The notes under the pieces are model-generated. The model was not told where the DNA came from and searched no databases. It saw nothing but the letters and a program-made list of their open reading frames with translations. 64,000 bases of DNA, from contig MGPE01000009.1 of the NCBI GenBank assembly GCA_001797335.1, positions 246 to 64,245 on the forward strand. The letters run 5' to 3'. This document shows positions 1 to 12,831 of the stretch, piece by piece. Origin of the DNA: Deltaproteobacteria bacterium GWA2_38_16 (lineage in GTDB: Bacteria > Bdellovibrionota > JACOXK01 > 2-02-FULL-40-11). The position numbers and the translations under genes are program-made. Position 1 is the stretch's first letter. Every line of letters begins with the position of its first letter.

Positions 1-2072
<2,072 letters not shown>

Positions 2073-2121
2073 CCAAGTTCTGGGCTTTTTGTTATAAGGG
2101 ATGACAAAGGAGGGTATCGTT

Positions 2122-2580
2122 ATGAAAAAGGGCATTTATTTTTCTTTTCTTTTCCTGTTATTTTCTTCTGTTTTGTTTGCTTCTCCAGTTCCGAGTCAAC
2201 TTCAACGACAACTCATGGCAAAAGCATGGAGTGGTTTTTTAACCACGGATTTCGGTGCGGATGGATATAAACAAATCACGCTTAATTTCACTCAAGACGA
2301 AAGTAATAAACTCACTGGAATGATCACCATTTATGGGGTTCAAGTAGGCAATGGTGTTTTTAACCCTTCAGAATTTTTAACGATTGACTACCAACCAATC
2401 AATAGCACTGATGGATTTTTATCTTTAGCTTATTTGGATCCACAAACTCGCGTGGACCGATCAACCTATACGTTAAAAGCAACGTATATTAATGAAGCCA
2501 CTCATATTATTTCTGGACTTTTATATTTGACGACCGTTCAGGGAGAGATCTTCAAAATCGGAACCTTCCGCGTAGAATAA
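2122..2580 (+). CDS. hypothetical secreted beta-rich protein
   Basis: RBS AGGAGG before ATG 2122, Sec signal MKKGIYFSFLFLLFSSVLFA; no recognised family. Confidence 0.7.
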   Translation: MKKGIYFSFLFLLFSSVLFASPVPSQLQRQLMAKAWSGFLTTDFGADGYKQITLNFTQDESNKLTGMITIYGVQVGNGVFNPSEFLTIDYQPINSTDGFLSLAYLDPQTRVDRSTYTLKATYINEATHIISGLLYLTTVQGEIFKIGTFRVE

Positions 2581-3774
2581 TTATTGATCGACATCTGTAG
2601 TCTGTCGACGAATGAAGGTAGGGATGTCGTATTCATCATCGTCAAACCCCAGTGTTCCCATATCTTTAATCGGTCGACGGGAAGGCTTAGCAGCCGCTGG
2701 GGGTTCTTCTTTTGAAGCACTGGGGGGAGCTACCGTAGTTTGTTGAGGTTGAGCCGGTTTTACACCAAAACGCTCTTCTTGTTTTGGAAGAACTTGAGCA
2801 ATTTTGTCTCTTTCTTCTGCTCTCTTAAAGCCTGTGGCAATCACTGTAACTCTCACATCTTCTTTGAGTGCATTATCAATGACCGCACCAAAAATAATTT
2901 CTGCTTCCTCATGGGCAGCTTGTTGAATGAGAGAAGAAGCTTCATTGACCTCATAGAGGCTAAGCGATGGTCCACCGGTAATGTTGATGATAATACCGGT
3001 AGCCCCATCAATAGTAATATCTTCTAAGAGAGGACTTGAAATGGCCGAGGTCGCTGCTTGAATAGCTCTATTTTCACCCGATCCAACACCGGTTCCCATG
3101 AGCGCCATTCCTTTATTTTGCATAATGGTTCTAATATCGGCAAAATCGAGGTTAATTAGCCCTCGAATATTAATTAAATCTGAAATTCCTTGAACGGCAT
3201 TGAGCAACACTTCATCACATTTTTTAAACGTCTCTAAAAGCGGCATTTGTTGAGTAGCAATAGTTAAAAGTCTTTGATTGGGAATAACAATTAAAGTATC
3301 TACATTTTGCCTAAGCTCTTTAATTCCCGCTTCGGCTTGTCTCATTCTCTTTTTACCTTCAAACGTAAAAGGCTTGGTGACCACTCCTACCGTCAGAGCT
3401 CCCAGGTCTTTGGCAATTTGGGCAATAACCGGTGCTCCTCCGGTCCCTGTTCCTCCTCCCATGCCTGCTGTAACAAACACCATATCTGCCCCTTCCAACA
3501 CTTGAGCAATTTTTGAATGATCTTCCAGCGCGGCATTCTTCCCCACTTCTGGATTAGCTCCAGCCCCCAGTCCCTTCGTTAATCCCATTCCTAATTGTAC
3601 TTTATGAGGAACTTTAGCTGCTTCCAACGCCTGCCGATCCGTATTGGCAATAATAAATTCAACGCCTTCTAATCCTCCACTCACCATGGTTTCAACAGCG
3701 TTACTCCCGCCGCCACCGACACCCATGACTTTAATTTTTGCCCCTAACGTTGGATTATCATCAAATTCAAACAT
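2581..3774 (-). CDS. ftsZ: cell division GTPase FtsZ
   Basis: [16 protein letters not shown] signature, NLDFAD, C-terminal DIPTFIRR. Start placed at MFEF (3774) after AAGGAG. Confidence 0.99.
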   Translation of the reverse strand: MFEFDDNPTLGAKIKVMGVGGGGSNAVETMVSGGLEGVEFIIANTDRQALEAAKVPHKVQLGMGLTKGLGAGANPEVGKNAALEDHSKIAQVLEGADMVFVTAGMGGGTGTGGAPVIAQIAKDLGALTVGVVTKPFTFEGKKRMRQAEAGIKELRQNVDTLIVIPNQRLLTIATQQMPLLETFKKCDEVLLNAVQGISDLINIRGLINLDFADIRTIMQNKGMALMGTGVGSGENRAIQAATSAISSPLLEDITIDGATGIIINITGGPSLSLYEVNEASSLIQQAAHEEAEIIFGAVIDNALKEDVRVTVIATGFKRAEERDKIAQVLPKQEERFGVKPAQPQQTTVAPPSASKEEPPAAAKPSRRPIKDMGTLGFDDDEYDIPTFIRRQTTDVDQ

Positions 3775-3803
3775 AAGATTTTCTCCTTTGGCCTTTTTTG
3801 CCA

Positions 3804-5030
3804 TTAAAAGATCTCTGCGATCCATTCCACCATTCGTGATTTAACTTTATGATAAATATTGTGTTCTCTAATTTTAAACTTGGTATTAGACGTATCTTTA
3901 CTTCCGTAAAGAACAAGCCCCACACCGGTTGCATAAATCGGAGAACTCACAATATCCAGTAATCCTCCAAAGCCTTTTGGAACGCCTTTTTTGACAGGCA
4001 AATCAAATGTCATTTCTGCCAATTCTTGCATTCCATTTAATAATGTTGAACCTCCGGTAATCACAACACCGGACGCTAACAAATCTTCATAACCACTTTT
4101 TACAATTTCTCGTTGTACGAGAGATAAAATTTCTTCCACTCTGGGCTCAATAATTTGAGCAATTTCTTTTTTTGAAAATGTTCGAGATTTTCTTCCACCA
4201 ACGGTTTGTACTTCAATCAGTTCATCTTTTTGCACTAAGGATGTCATGGCACACCCGTATTGAATTTTAAGTTTTTCAGCATCAGGGGTAGGCGTTCTTA
4301 ATCCTACGGCCAGATCATTGGTAATATGATTTCCGCCTAACGATAAAACGGCGGTATGAACAATGCTCCCCCCAGAAAAAATAGCAATATCGGTAGTCCC
4401 CCCTCCGATATCAATGAGAGCTACTCCTAATTCTTTTTCATCGGCTTCTAACACAGCTTCAGAAGAAGCAATTTGTTGAAGAACAATGTCAGAAACATTA
4501 AGACCTGTTCGATTGGCACATTTAATAATATTTTGGGCCGAAGATACTGCTCCAGTCACAATATGAACTTTGGCTTCAAGACGAACACCACTCATCCCTA
4601 AAGGTTCTTTAATACCATCTTGATCATCAATAATATATTCTTGAGGAATAATGTGAATAACTTCGCGATCTAAAGGAATGGCCACCGCTTTTGCAGCGTC
4701 AATGACACGCCGGATATCGGTTTCTTTCACTTCTTTTTCTTTAACAGCCACAATGCCATGGCTATTGAATCCTTTGATATGTCCGCCGGCAATCCCACAA
4801 TAAACAGAACTAATTTCAACTCCTGCCATGAGTTCTGCTTCTTCAACTGCTTTTTTAATGGATTCAACCGTAGAATCGATATTAATGACAACGCCTTTTC
4901 GAAGACCTGTGGAAACTGAGGTCCCAATACCGACAATATCTACACCGATATCTGTTTTTTCACCGACAATTGCACAGATTTTTGTTGTTCCGATATCCAA
5001 CCCAACAATGATCTCGCCTTTTTTGGCCAC
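3804..5030 (-). CDS. ftsA: cell division protein FtsA
   Basis: [37 protein letters not shown]. Confidence 0.99.
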   Translation of the reverse strand: MAKKGEIIVGLDIGTTKICAIVGEKTDIGVDIVGIGTSVSTGLRKGVVINIDSTVESIKKAVEEAELMAGVEISSVYCGIAGGHIKGFNSHGIVAVKEKEVKETDIRRVIDAAKAVAIPLDREVIHIIPQEYIIDDQDGIKEPLGMSGVRLEAKVHIVTGAVSSAQNIIKCANRTGLNVSDIVLQQIASSEAVLEADEKELGVALIDIGGGTTDIAIFSGGSIVHTAVLSLGGNHITNDLAVGLRTPTPDAEKLKIQYGCAMTSLVQKDELIEVQTVGGRKSRTFSKKEIAQIIEPRVEEILSLVQREIVKSGYEDLLASGVVITGGSTLLNGMQELAEMTFDLPVKKGVPKGFGGLLDIVSSPIYATGVGLVLYGSKDTSNTKFKIREHNIYHKVKSRMVEWIAEIF

Positions 5031-5131
5031 AAAACGTCCTTGCTACAATAAACTACATTACATCTATTTTAATGTACTGCAATAGACACAATACCCCACC
5101 CCATAAAATGGGAATTTTCTATAGATTACAA

Positions 5132-5917
5132 CTATTTCGCAACCTTTACAACAACTTTTTTGGTGAAATTAAGATCAATTAGCGTCGGGGTGACTGTTTT
5201 TTGTGCAAGGTCTTTTAAGACCCTTTCCAGACGAGAAAACTTTTTAAGAAAATCTTCTTTTCCGAGTCTAATTTCAAAAGAAGGCCCCTCAGTAAAAAAA
5301 GTAAATCCTACGCTTTCTTTCCAATGGATTTCAGAAAGACGAATGTCCTTTAAAAAATTATTTTGATGATAAAGAGCCATCACGTCATACGCTTCTAAAA
5401 TCAAACGCTCTTCTTTTTCACTTACTTGAGGCCCACTCACTCCAGAAATAATGGGAAAATCCACATTTTCCCGAGGTCGAATGGGTGCAATTCTTATCCC
5501 TTTTGAATCTAAAAAATATAATTTTCCATAAGATTCATCGGAAGATAAAAGAGCTACTGGTTTTTTTTCTTCTACTTCGATTCTAAGTTTATTGGGAAGC
5601 AGTCGAAACACATGTGCTTTTTCTACCCAGGGATGTTTTTTAACATTAGCCGTTAATGCATTAAGATCAATTTCAAAAATATTTTCTCCTAGTGGAGCGT
5701 GAATTAATCCTTTTATTTCTTCTTCAGAAATATGTTCAGTGGATTGCGCCACCATTTCTTGAAATTTAAAAATAGGTAACCGTTGAATTCGTGGAAGCAT
5801 TTTTTGAGTAACTACCCATCCTCCTCCCACTAAAACAATAAGGAGGATAGCATACACGATAAGTTTTTTTTGAAGACTTCTATCTTTGGGGATTTCTTGT
5901 TTAATCTTTGTGTACAA
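5132..5917 (-). CDS. ftsQ: cell division protein FtsQ/DivIB
   Basis: Single TM, POTRA-like segment (HPWVEKAHVFRLLPNKLRIEVEE), C-terminal IDL; position in dcw. Confidence 0.92.
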   Translation of the reverse strand: MYTKIKQEIPKDRSLQKKLIVYAILLIVLVGGGWVVTQKMLPRIQRLPIFKFQEMVAQSTEHISEEEIKGLIHAPLGENIFEIDLNALTANVKKHPWVEKAHVFRLLPNKLRIEVEEKKPVALLSSDESYGKLYFLDSKGIRIAPIRPRENVDFPIISGVSGPQVSEKEERLILEAYDVMALYHQNNFLKDIRLSEIHWKESVGFTFFTEGPSFEIRLGKEDFLKKFSRLERVLKDLAQKTVTPTLIDLNFTKKVVVKVAK

Positions 5918-6809
5918 TAATCACTTCTTCTTCTAAGGTTACACCATGAACTTCTTTAACTCTCTTTTTAGCATGCTCAATAATAGCCACAATATCTTTG
6001 GCCGCTGCTCCACCCAAATTCACAATAAAATTTCCATGTTTTGTCGAAATTTGTGCATGCCCTACTCGATAGCCTTTCAGTCCCGCATCTTCAATAAGCT
6101 TTCCGGCATAGTACCCTTTGGGATTTTTAAAAACAGATCCACAGTTAGGAAAATTTAAAGGTTGAATGGCTTTTCTTTCGGCAATTACCGTTTTAACCAC
6201 TTCCATCATTTTTTCCTTATCTCCATAATGAAGACGAAGAATAGCTCCCATCATAATCTTATTTTTACAAAAATTTTGAGAACGATATGAAAAATTTTCT
6301 TTCGTTACAAGTTGTTCTTCCAATTCTCCATTGGTATTAATCATAAATATTTTTTCTGTAATATCGCAAAAGCTGCCCCCTTTTGTCCCCGCATTCATAA
6401 AAATACCACCGCCCACTTGTCCAGGAACCCCTGCTAAAAATTCTAACCCAGAAAAACCCTGCTCTATCGACCAAAATAATAGTTTTTGTTTTAAGACGCC
6501 CGCTCCTACTTTCACTAAAATTTTTTCATCATCTTTGTGAATAATTTTTATCTCATCAAACAAAGACAAATTAATCACAACGCCTCGATATCCTTCATCA
6601 GGCATGACGAGGTTGGACCCATCTCCTAAAACAAAATAAGGAATTTTATGTTCATCAATTTTTTTCATGAGCTGAGAAAGCTCTACACTGTTTTTAGGAT
6701 AAATAAATGCATCGGCAGGCCCTCCTACTTTAAAAGAGGTGTGAAGGGCTAAGGGCTCATTCCATAAAATCTTACTTTGAAGCCCACTTAAAATATCCAC
6801 GAGTTTCAC
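5901..6809 (-). CDS. murB: UDP-N-acetylenolpyruvoylglucosamine reductase
   Basis: HTSFKVGGPA, LGDGSN, GVPGQVGG, MNAG, GSVFKNP, HGNFIVN. Likely GTG start at 6809 overlapping the murC stop. Confidence 0.97.
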   Translation of the reverse strand: MKLVDILSGLQSKILWNEPLALHTSFKVGGPADAFIYPKNSVELSQLMKKIDEHKIPYFVLGDGSNLVMPDEGYRGVVINLSLFDEIKIIHKDDEKILVKVGAGVLKQKLLFWSIEQGFSGLEFLAGVPGQVGGGIFMNAGTKGGSFCDITEKIFMINTNGELEEQLVTKENFSYRSQNFCKNKIMMGAILRLHYGDKEKMMEVVKTVIAERKAIQPLNFPNCGSVFKNPKGYYAGKLIEDAGLKGYRVGHAQISTKHGNFIVNLGGAAAKDIVAIIEHAKKRVKEVHGVTLEEEVIIVHKD

Positions 6810-8185
6810 CGGTATTGTTTTTTTAAAACTTCTAAAAATTCTAAGCCACTCTTCCAAATATCTCCAGCCCCTAAGAGTAATACAACATCCTTTGGCCTCA
6901 CATGTTTTTCCAGTTCATGAGAGATATTTCGACGACTTGCTACTAAACAAGCATGTTTATGTTTTTTTCGAAGAAGACGATATAATTTTTCTGAACTCAC
7001 CCCTTTAATGGGTTTTTCTCCAGCTGAATAAATTTCTGTGAGTAATAAAACATCTGCTCTTTGAAAAGCCCCAGAAAACTCTTTCATTAAATCCCGAGTT
7101 CGAGTGTAGCGATGCGGTTGAAAAACAGCCAGCAGTCGTCTTTTAGGCCACACTTTCTTACAGGCTTCAAGCGTGGCTTTAATTTCTGTGGGATGATGCC
7201 CATAATCATCCATGACCGTAATGCCATTCACCTCTCCTCGAATATGAAAGCGCCGCTGTACGCCACTATACGCTAAAATGCCTTTTTTTATTTTTGAAAG
7301 ACTTAACCCTAATTCAAGCCCCATAATAATGCAGGCCAAGGTATTTTTAACGTTATGAATCCCTGGAGCTTTTACTGAAAATCGTCCTAATTTTTTACGT
7401 TTAACATAGACATCAAAGGAACTGGTAATGCCTTTTAATTCAATGTGCCTGGCTTGAAAGTCACATCTTGAACTTATTCCATAGGTAATAATTCTTTTAT
7501 TCACCCGAGGGAGAATAGATAAAATATTTTTTTCATCTCCACAAACAATGCCTACCCCATAAAAAGGTAAACGATTTAAAAATGTTACAAAGGCATCTTT
7601 AATAGCCTCCATATTTTTATAATAGTCCAGGTGATCCGCATCGATATTGGTGACAATGGCAATCGTCGGAGTTAATAAATTAAAAGATCCATCACTTTCA
7701 TCGGCTTCAGCCACCAAAAATTTTCCTTGTCCCAATTTAGCATTGGTCCCCCACTTATTGAGTCTTCCTCCAATCACAACGGTTGGATCCACTTTACACG
7801 TAGCCAAAAGCGTTCCAGAGATTGAAGTCGTTGTTGTTTTTCCGTGAGTGCCAGCAATGGCAATGGCATATTTCATTTTCATAAGCTCTGCCAACATTTC
7901 TGCTCTTGGAATTACAGGAATTTTTAATTTTTTAGCTTTTAAAACTTCAGGATTACTTTTGGATACAGCAGAAGAAATAACAACCACATCAGGTTTTTTA
8001 ATATTCAAAGACCTATGACCTAGATAAATCGTAGCTCCTAATTGATTTAATCTTTTAGTAATTTCTGTAGTGGCAAGATCAGAGCCACTGATTTTATAGC
8101 CCAGGTTTAATAAAACCTCCGCAATCCCACTCATCCCAATCCCACCAATGCCTACAAAATGCACATGCCTAAAGCTTTTCTGCAT
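6806..8185 (-). CDS. murC: UDP-N-acetylmuramate--L-alanine ligase
   Basis: HFVGIGGIGMSG, GTHGKTTTT, EADESD, DDYGHHPTE, FQPHRYTR. Confidence 0.99.
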   Translation of the reverse strand: MQKSFRHVHFVGIGGIGMSGIAEVLLNLGYKISGSDLATTEITKRLNQLGATIYLGHRSLNIKKPDVVVISSAVSKSNPEVLKAKKLKIPVIPRAEMLAELMKMKYAIAIAGTHGKTTTTSISGTLLATCKVDPTVVIGGRLNKWGTNAKLGQGKFLVAEADESDGSFNLLTPTIAIVTNIDADHLDYYKNMEAIKDAFVTFLNRLPFYGVGIVCGDEKNILSILPRVNKRIITYGISSRCDFQARHIELKGITSSFDVYVKRKKLGRFSVKAPGIHNVKNTLACIIMGLELGLSLSKIKKGILAYSGVQRRFHIRGEVNGITVMDDYGHHPTEIKATLEACKKVWPKRRLLAVFQPHRYTRTRDLMKEFSGAFQRADVLLLTEIYSAGEKPIKGVSSEKLYRLLRKKHKHACLVASRRNISHELEKHVRPKDVVLLLGAGDIWKSGLEFLEVLKKQYR

Positions 8186-8227
8186 AAAATATTCTTTATC
8201 ACATGTTGAGATAGGATTTAAAGAACT

Positions 8228-9280
8228 TTACGCGAGTAATTGATCCACAATGGCTTGGGCGGCGTAGGGATGAGAAAATTGAAGAATGTTTTTTCTCATG
8301 TGGTCAAGTTCTCTAGGATGCTCATAGGCATACTGAATTTCTTTAGCCAATTGCTGGCCATTGAGTTGCCAGTCTAAAAGTACCCGGGTCGCTCCTTTTT
8401 TTTCAAATGCACGAGCATTGGCTTCCTGATGATTATGGGCCGCATAGGGATACGGTACAAAAAGGCATGCTTTTCCTAAGACAGCAAGTTCTGCTACTGA
8501 GGATGCGCCAGCTCGACAAATGACATAATCAGATTGGGCATAAATTCTATCAATGTCGTCAATAAAATCATACACATCTGCTTTCCAATGTTGCTGAAAA
8601 TAAGTGGAAGCTACCCATTTTAAATCTGTTTTTCCGGTTTGATGAATAAGATGAATGCGATTTTTAAGCGTTTCTAAATAGGGGAGTGCTTCTAAGAGCG
8701 CTCGATTTAAGGAATGAGCTCCTTGGCTTCCTCCAAAAATAAAGACAGTAAATTTTTCATGAGGAATACTACTTGTACTCTTAAATTTTCGGACGGGATT
8801 TCCCGTTACAACACTTTTTTGAGAAGGAAAGTAGTGAACGGATTCATCAAAACTAACAAAAATTTTTTGAACCAATAAAGAAAGAATTTTATTGGTTAGC
8901 CCTGGCCTAAAATTTTGTTCTTGAATGGCTCTTTTTTTTCTCAATACCCATGCCATCCATAAAATAGGGAAACTGGCATAGCCTCCCACTCCTAAAATCA
9001 CATCAGGATTAAATTGCCGAATAATAAAAAAAGACTGAATTAAAGAAATAGGAATTAGACAAAGAGTAATAAATTTTTCTAAAGGATTTTTCCCTTTTAA
9101 CCCATCGATAGAAACAAATTTTAAGGGATAATGAAGACTGGGTAATACTTTGGCTTCAATTCCTTTTTTGGTCCCAACAAAAAGAATTTCATGATGGCCA
9201 CGACTTAAAAATTCTTGGGCAATCGCAACTCCTGGGAATAAATGCCCTCCGGTACCACCCCCTGCAATGAGTAACTTCAT
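8228..9280 (-). CDS. murG: lipid II GlcNAc transferase MurG
   Basis: GGGTGGH, GGYAS, EQN, GNPVR, GGSQGA, RAGASS, HQEANA. Confidence 0.99.
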   Translation of the reverse strand: MKLLIAGGGTGGHLFPGVAIAQEFLSRGHHEILFVGTKKGIEAKVLPSLHYPLKFVSIDGLKGKNPLEKFITLCLIPISLIQSFFIIRQFNPDVILGVGGYASFPILWMAWVLRKKRAIQEQNFRPGLTNKILSLLVQKIFVSFDESVHYFPSQKSVVTGNPVRKFKSTSSIPHEKFTVFIFGGSQGAHSLNRALLEALPYLETLKNRIHLIHQTGKTDLKWVASTYFQQHWKADVYDFIDDIDRIYAQSDYVICRAGASSVAELAVLGKACLFVPYPYAAHNHQEANARAFEKKGATRVLLDWQLNGQQLAKEIQYAYEHPRELDHMRKNILQFSHPYAAQAIVDQLLA

Positions 9281-10395
9281 CGATACGTACTCGTTGAAAC
9301 ATCTTGTTGTTGAGCAGAAATATTTAACAATATTCCTACCCCCGCTAAATTACAAATAACAGAAGTACCTCCATAACTTAAAAAAGGAAGCGCTAAACCT
9401 TTTGTTGGAAGAAGCCCCATGACAACAGCAATATTGGTAATGGCTTGAAAACTAATAAGAGAGGTAATCCCCAAGGCTAAATAAGTTCCAAATAAATCGG
9501 GTGCTTTTAAACTAATGCGAATCCCTCGATATAAAAAGAGCACAAAAAGAATAATGACTGCCATGACTCCCATAAAACCCAATTCTTCTCCAATCACCGA
9601 AAAAATAAAATCTGTATGCGCTTCAGGAAGATAAAAAAGTTTTTGGCGCCCATCTCCAAGCCCTAATCCTAAAATATTTCCTGAATAAAATGCTAAAAAA
9701 GATTGAATAATTTGAAATCCCGTATTGGCTGGATCTTCCCAAGGATTTAAAAAAGCTAAAATTCTTTTTTTCCGATAGGGAGTACTCATCATCAGATAAC
9801 ACGCCGTTGGCACTAAAACGATTAGCGCAGAAATAATATATGAAAGACGGGTGCCTGCAGCAAAGAGCATTAAAAAAACAATAAAGGCAATAGAGACCGC
9901 TGTTCCAAAATCCGGTTGAAGAAGAAGAAGCCCCAAAAATAATCCTGTAACGATAAGATGAGGGACAAAACCAATGGCAAATGATTTCATGCTGCCTTCT
10001 TTTTTAGACAGTGAATAAGCCAGATAAAAAATAAGCGCATATTTAGCAAATTCCGATGGTTGAAATCGAAAAAATCCTAAATTTAGCCATCGTCTGGCTC
10101 CTCCTACTCGATGTCCAATGCCAGGAATCAAAAGGGCAATCATTAAGACTAAACAGATAAATAAAAAGGGATAAATGATTTTATAATAAGAATGATAATC
10201 AATGAGTAAAAAAACGATAAGAGCAATAAAGCCTAAAGAAGCAAAGAGAAATTGTTTTTTTAAAAAAAAATAACTGTCATGATAATTTTGGAGGGCATAA
10301 ATAGAACTGGAGCTATAGACCATGACAATACCAGAGAGCACTAAAACAAAAGTAATAACCAACAACCAATAATCAAAAGGAATCTTTCGACTCAT
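9277..10395 (-). CDS. ftsW: SEDS peptidoglycan polymerase FtsW
   Basis: GARRW, QPSEFAK, QPDFG, LPEAHTDFIF, PFLSYGG. Confidence 0.98.
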   Translation of the reverse strand: MSRKIPFDYWLLVITFVLVLSGIVMVYSSSSIYALQNYHDSYFFLKKQFLFASLGFIALIVFLLIDYHSYYKIIYPFLFICLVLMIALLIPGIGHRVGGARRWLNLGFFRFQPSEFAKYALIFYLAYSLSKKEGSMKSFAIGFVPHLIVTGLFLGLLLLQPDFGTAVSIAFIVFLMLFAAGTRLSYIISALIVLVPTACYLMMSTPYRKKRILAFLNPWEDPANTGFQIIQSFLAFYSGNILGLGLGDGRQKLFYLPEAHTDFIFSVIGEELGFMGVMAVIILFVLFLYRGIRISLKAPDLFGTYLALGITSLISFQAITNIAVVMGLLPTKGLALPFLSYGGTSVICNLAGVGILLNISAQQQDVSTSTYR

Positions 10396-11750
10396 TATAA
10401 ATCACGCAAGAGTTCTTTAAACGTATCCCCCCTGTGCTCATAATTTTTAAACATATCGAAACTGGCACATCCTGGGGAAAATAAAATCACATCTCCGGCT
10501 CTAGATTTTTGATACGCCATAAAAATGGCTTCCTCTAACGTTCCCACAATAAAAGTTTCTGTATAATCCCCCACGGCTCGATTAATTTTTTCCTTGGCTT
10601 CCCCTAATAAAATAAGATTTTTTACTTTCTTTTGAACCAAAGGACGCAAGAGCTCAAAGTTGGCGTCTTTGTCTCTGCCTCCCATAATTAAAATTAATGG
10701 TTTATCAAAGCTTTCTAATGATCGAATGACCGAATAGACATTTGTTGCTTTAGAATCATTATAAAAATCCACATAACCTCGAGTTTTGACATATTCTAAC
10801 CGATGCGCCACTCCTTGAAATGAATTTAATGTTTGTTGAATTGATTCTGGAGAACATTTTAAAATTTTAGCAGCTAAAAGAGCAGCCATAAAGTTTTCTT
10901 TATTATGATCCCCTTTTAGTTTTATTTGATCCGTTAGGTATTGCTCATGCCAATCCTTGGTTTTTAAATAAAACCGATTGTCCTTATAATAAATTCCCTC
11001 TTGTCCATGGGCTAAATTCCCTTTAGTAAAATATAAGACTTTAGCTTTGGTTTCTTCGGCATAAGTTCTAATTAAATCATCTTGGGCATTTAAAATTAAA
11101 TAATCTGTCCCTTTTTGATTTTCAAAAATTCTTCCTTTAATTTTTCTATAATTTTCCATAGATCCATGACGATCTAGATGATCAGGCGTTAAATTCAGCA
11201 CAAGAGCAATCTTCGGATGAAAGGTTTCTATGGTTTCTAATTGAAAGCTGCTTACTTCTGAAACCACATATTGATATTCTTCCTTGGTTAATAAAATATT
11301 AGTTAGAGCATTCCCAATATTCCCTCCAACAAATGCTTTTTTCTTTGCATTTTGTAAAAATTGTCCCACCATCATGGTTGTCGTTGTTTTTCCGTTGGTA
11401 CCTGTAATGGCAACAATGGGTTCTTTAATAAAATGATATGCAAATTCAATTTCACTCATGATCTTTTTATTTTTCTTTTTGGCTTGTTCAATGAGAGGAT
11501 TTGTTATCCAAACTCCAGGGCTTACAATAAAAATATCATTAGAAAGTAATGTTTTAATGGGGTGACGTCCCAATTCATATTTTATTTTTTTATACGACCC
11601 TAAGAGTTTTAAATAAGGCTGCAACTCTGTTTTAGTTTTAATATCGGTAACGGTTACCTTAGCCCCACGAGAAGCTAAAAACTGAGCCACCGAAACACCA
11701 CTTCTGGCCAATCCCACAACCACTATTTTTTTTCCTTTTAGTTGGATCAT
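10395..11750 (-). CDS. murD: UDP-MurNAc-L-Ala--D-glutamate ligase
   Basis: GLARSG, TGTNGKTTT, SSFQL, DHLDRH, NDSKATN, SPGCASFD. Confidence 0.98.
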   Translation of the reverse strand: MIQLKGKKIVVVGLARSGVSVAQFLASRGAKVTVTDIKTKTELQPYLKLLGSYKKIKYELGRHPIKTLLSNDIFIVSPGVWITNPLIEQAKKKNKKIMSEIEFAYHFIKEPIVAITGTNGKTTTTMMVGQFLQNAKKKAFVGGNIGNALTNILLTKEEYQYVVSEVSSFQLETIETFHPKIALVLNLTPDHLDRHGSMENYRKIKGRIFENQKGTDYLILNAQDDLIRTYAEETKAKVLYFTKGNLAHGQEGIYYKDNRFYLKTKDWHEQYLTDQIKLKGDHNKENFMAALLAAKILKCSPESIQQTLNSFQGVAHRLEYVKTRGYVDFYNDSKATNVYSVIRSLESFDKPLILIMGGRDKDANFELLRPLVQKKVKNLILLGEAKEKINRAVGDYTETFIVGTLEEAIFMAYQKSRAGDVILFSPGCASFDMFKNYEHRGDTFKELLRDL

Positions 11751-11754
11751 GTGT

Positions 11755-12831
11755 TCACCTTAATTTGAGTGTTGATAATGCAATAATGGCTAAAATAATA
11801 GAAATAATCCAAAATCGAACCACAATTTTAGGCTCTGGCCACCCCAAAAGTTCAAAATGATGGTGAATAGGAGCCATTTTAAAAATACGTTTTTTGGTTA
11901 ATTTAAAGCTCATGACCTGCCCAATGACAGAAATAGCTTCCATAACAAAAATTCCACCGACCAATACCAATAAAATTTCTTGTTTTACCATCACCGCCAC
12001 TGTTCCTAACGCTCCTCCCAATGCCAGTGATCCTACATCTCCCATAAATACGGCTGCCGGATAAGTTGAAAACCATAAAAATCCCAACCCTGCCGTCACC
12101 ATGGCTCCACAAAAAATTGCAAGTTCCCCGGTCCGAGGGATAAACATCACTTGAAGATATTGCGCAATTTTGGCATGGCCTGTCACATAACATAAGAGTA
12201 GAAACGTCCCTGCTACCGTCATTACAGGACCAATAGCTAGCCCATCTAGCCCATCTGTTAAATTCACCGCATTTGAGGTCCCCACAATCACAAACACCAC
12301 AAAGGGAATATAAAACCACCCTAACGGTAAAACGAAATTTTTAAAGAGCGGAAAAGTCAAATCAGAACTAATAGAAACATTTTGGTAGAGAAAAATAGCC
12401 ACCACCAAGGCAAAAATGATTTGGAAAAAAAGTTTTGTTTTCCCAGAAATTCCCTTAGAATTTTTTTGTGCAATTTTTTTGTAATCATCCAAAAATCCAA
12501 TCAGCCCATACCCAACCATAATACCAATGGCACACCAAATATAACTATTGGTTAAATCCGCCCACAAAAGAGTTGAAAAAAGAGTACAAAAAAGAATTAA
12601 AAGCCCTCCCATGGTGGGGGTCCCCTTTTTTATAAAATGACTGGAAGGCCCATCTGTACGAATAGCTTGTTCAAATTGTTTGATCTTTAAAATCTTAATG
12701 AAGGATGGCCCCACAATAAAACTTAAAAAAAGAGCCGTTAGGCCCGCTCCAAAAATACGAAAAGTAATATACTTAAAAACATTAAATGCATTTACATATT
12801 CATAAAGCGGATATAAAAAATGATATAACAT
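11755..12831 (-). CDS. mraY: phospho-MurNAc-pentapeptide transferase
   Basis: [37 protein letters not shown]. Confidence 0.99.
   Translation of the reverse strand: MLYHFLYPLYEYVNAFNVFKYITFRIFGAGLTALFLSFIVGPSFIKILKIKQFEQAIRTDGPSSHFIKKGTPTMGGLLILFCTLFSTLLWADLTNSYIWCAIGIMVGYGLIGFLDDYKKIAQKNSKGISGKTKLFFQIIFALVVAIFLYQNVSISSDLTFPLFKNFVLPLGWFYIPFVVFVIVGTSNAVNLTDGLDGLAIGPVMTVAGTFLLLCYVTGHAKIAQYLQVMFIPRTGELAIFCGAMVTAGLGFLWFSTYPAAVFMGDVGSLALGGALGTVAVMVKQEILLVLVGGIFVMEAISVIGQVMSFKLTKKRIFKMAPIHHHFELLGWPEPKIVVRFWIISIILAIIALSTLKLR

Noticed and set aside
3774..3825. MAKK-like extension of FtsZ resembling the FtsA start
   Set aside because: The similarity is only ~13 nt and A-rich. The AAGGAG RBS supports the start at 3774.
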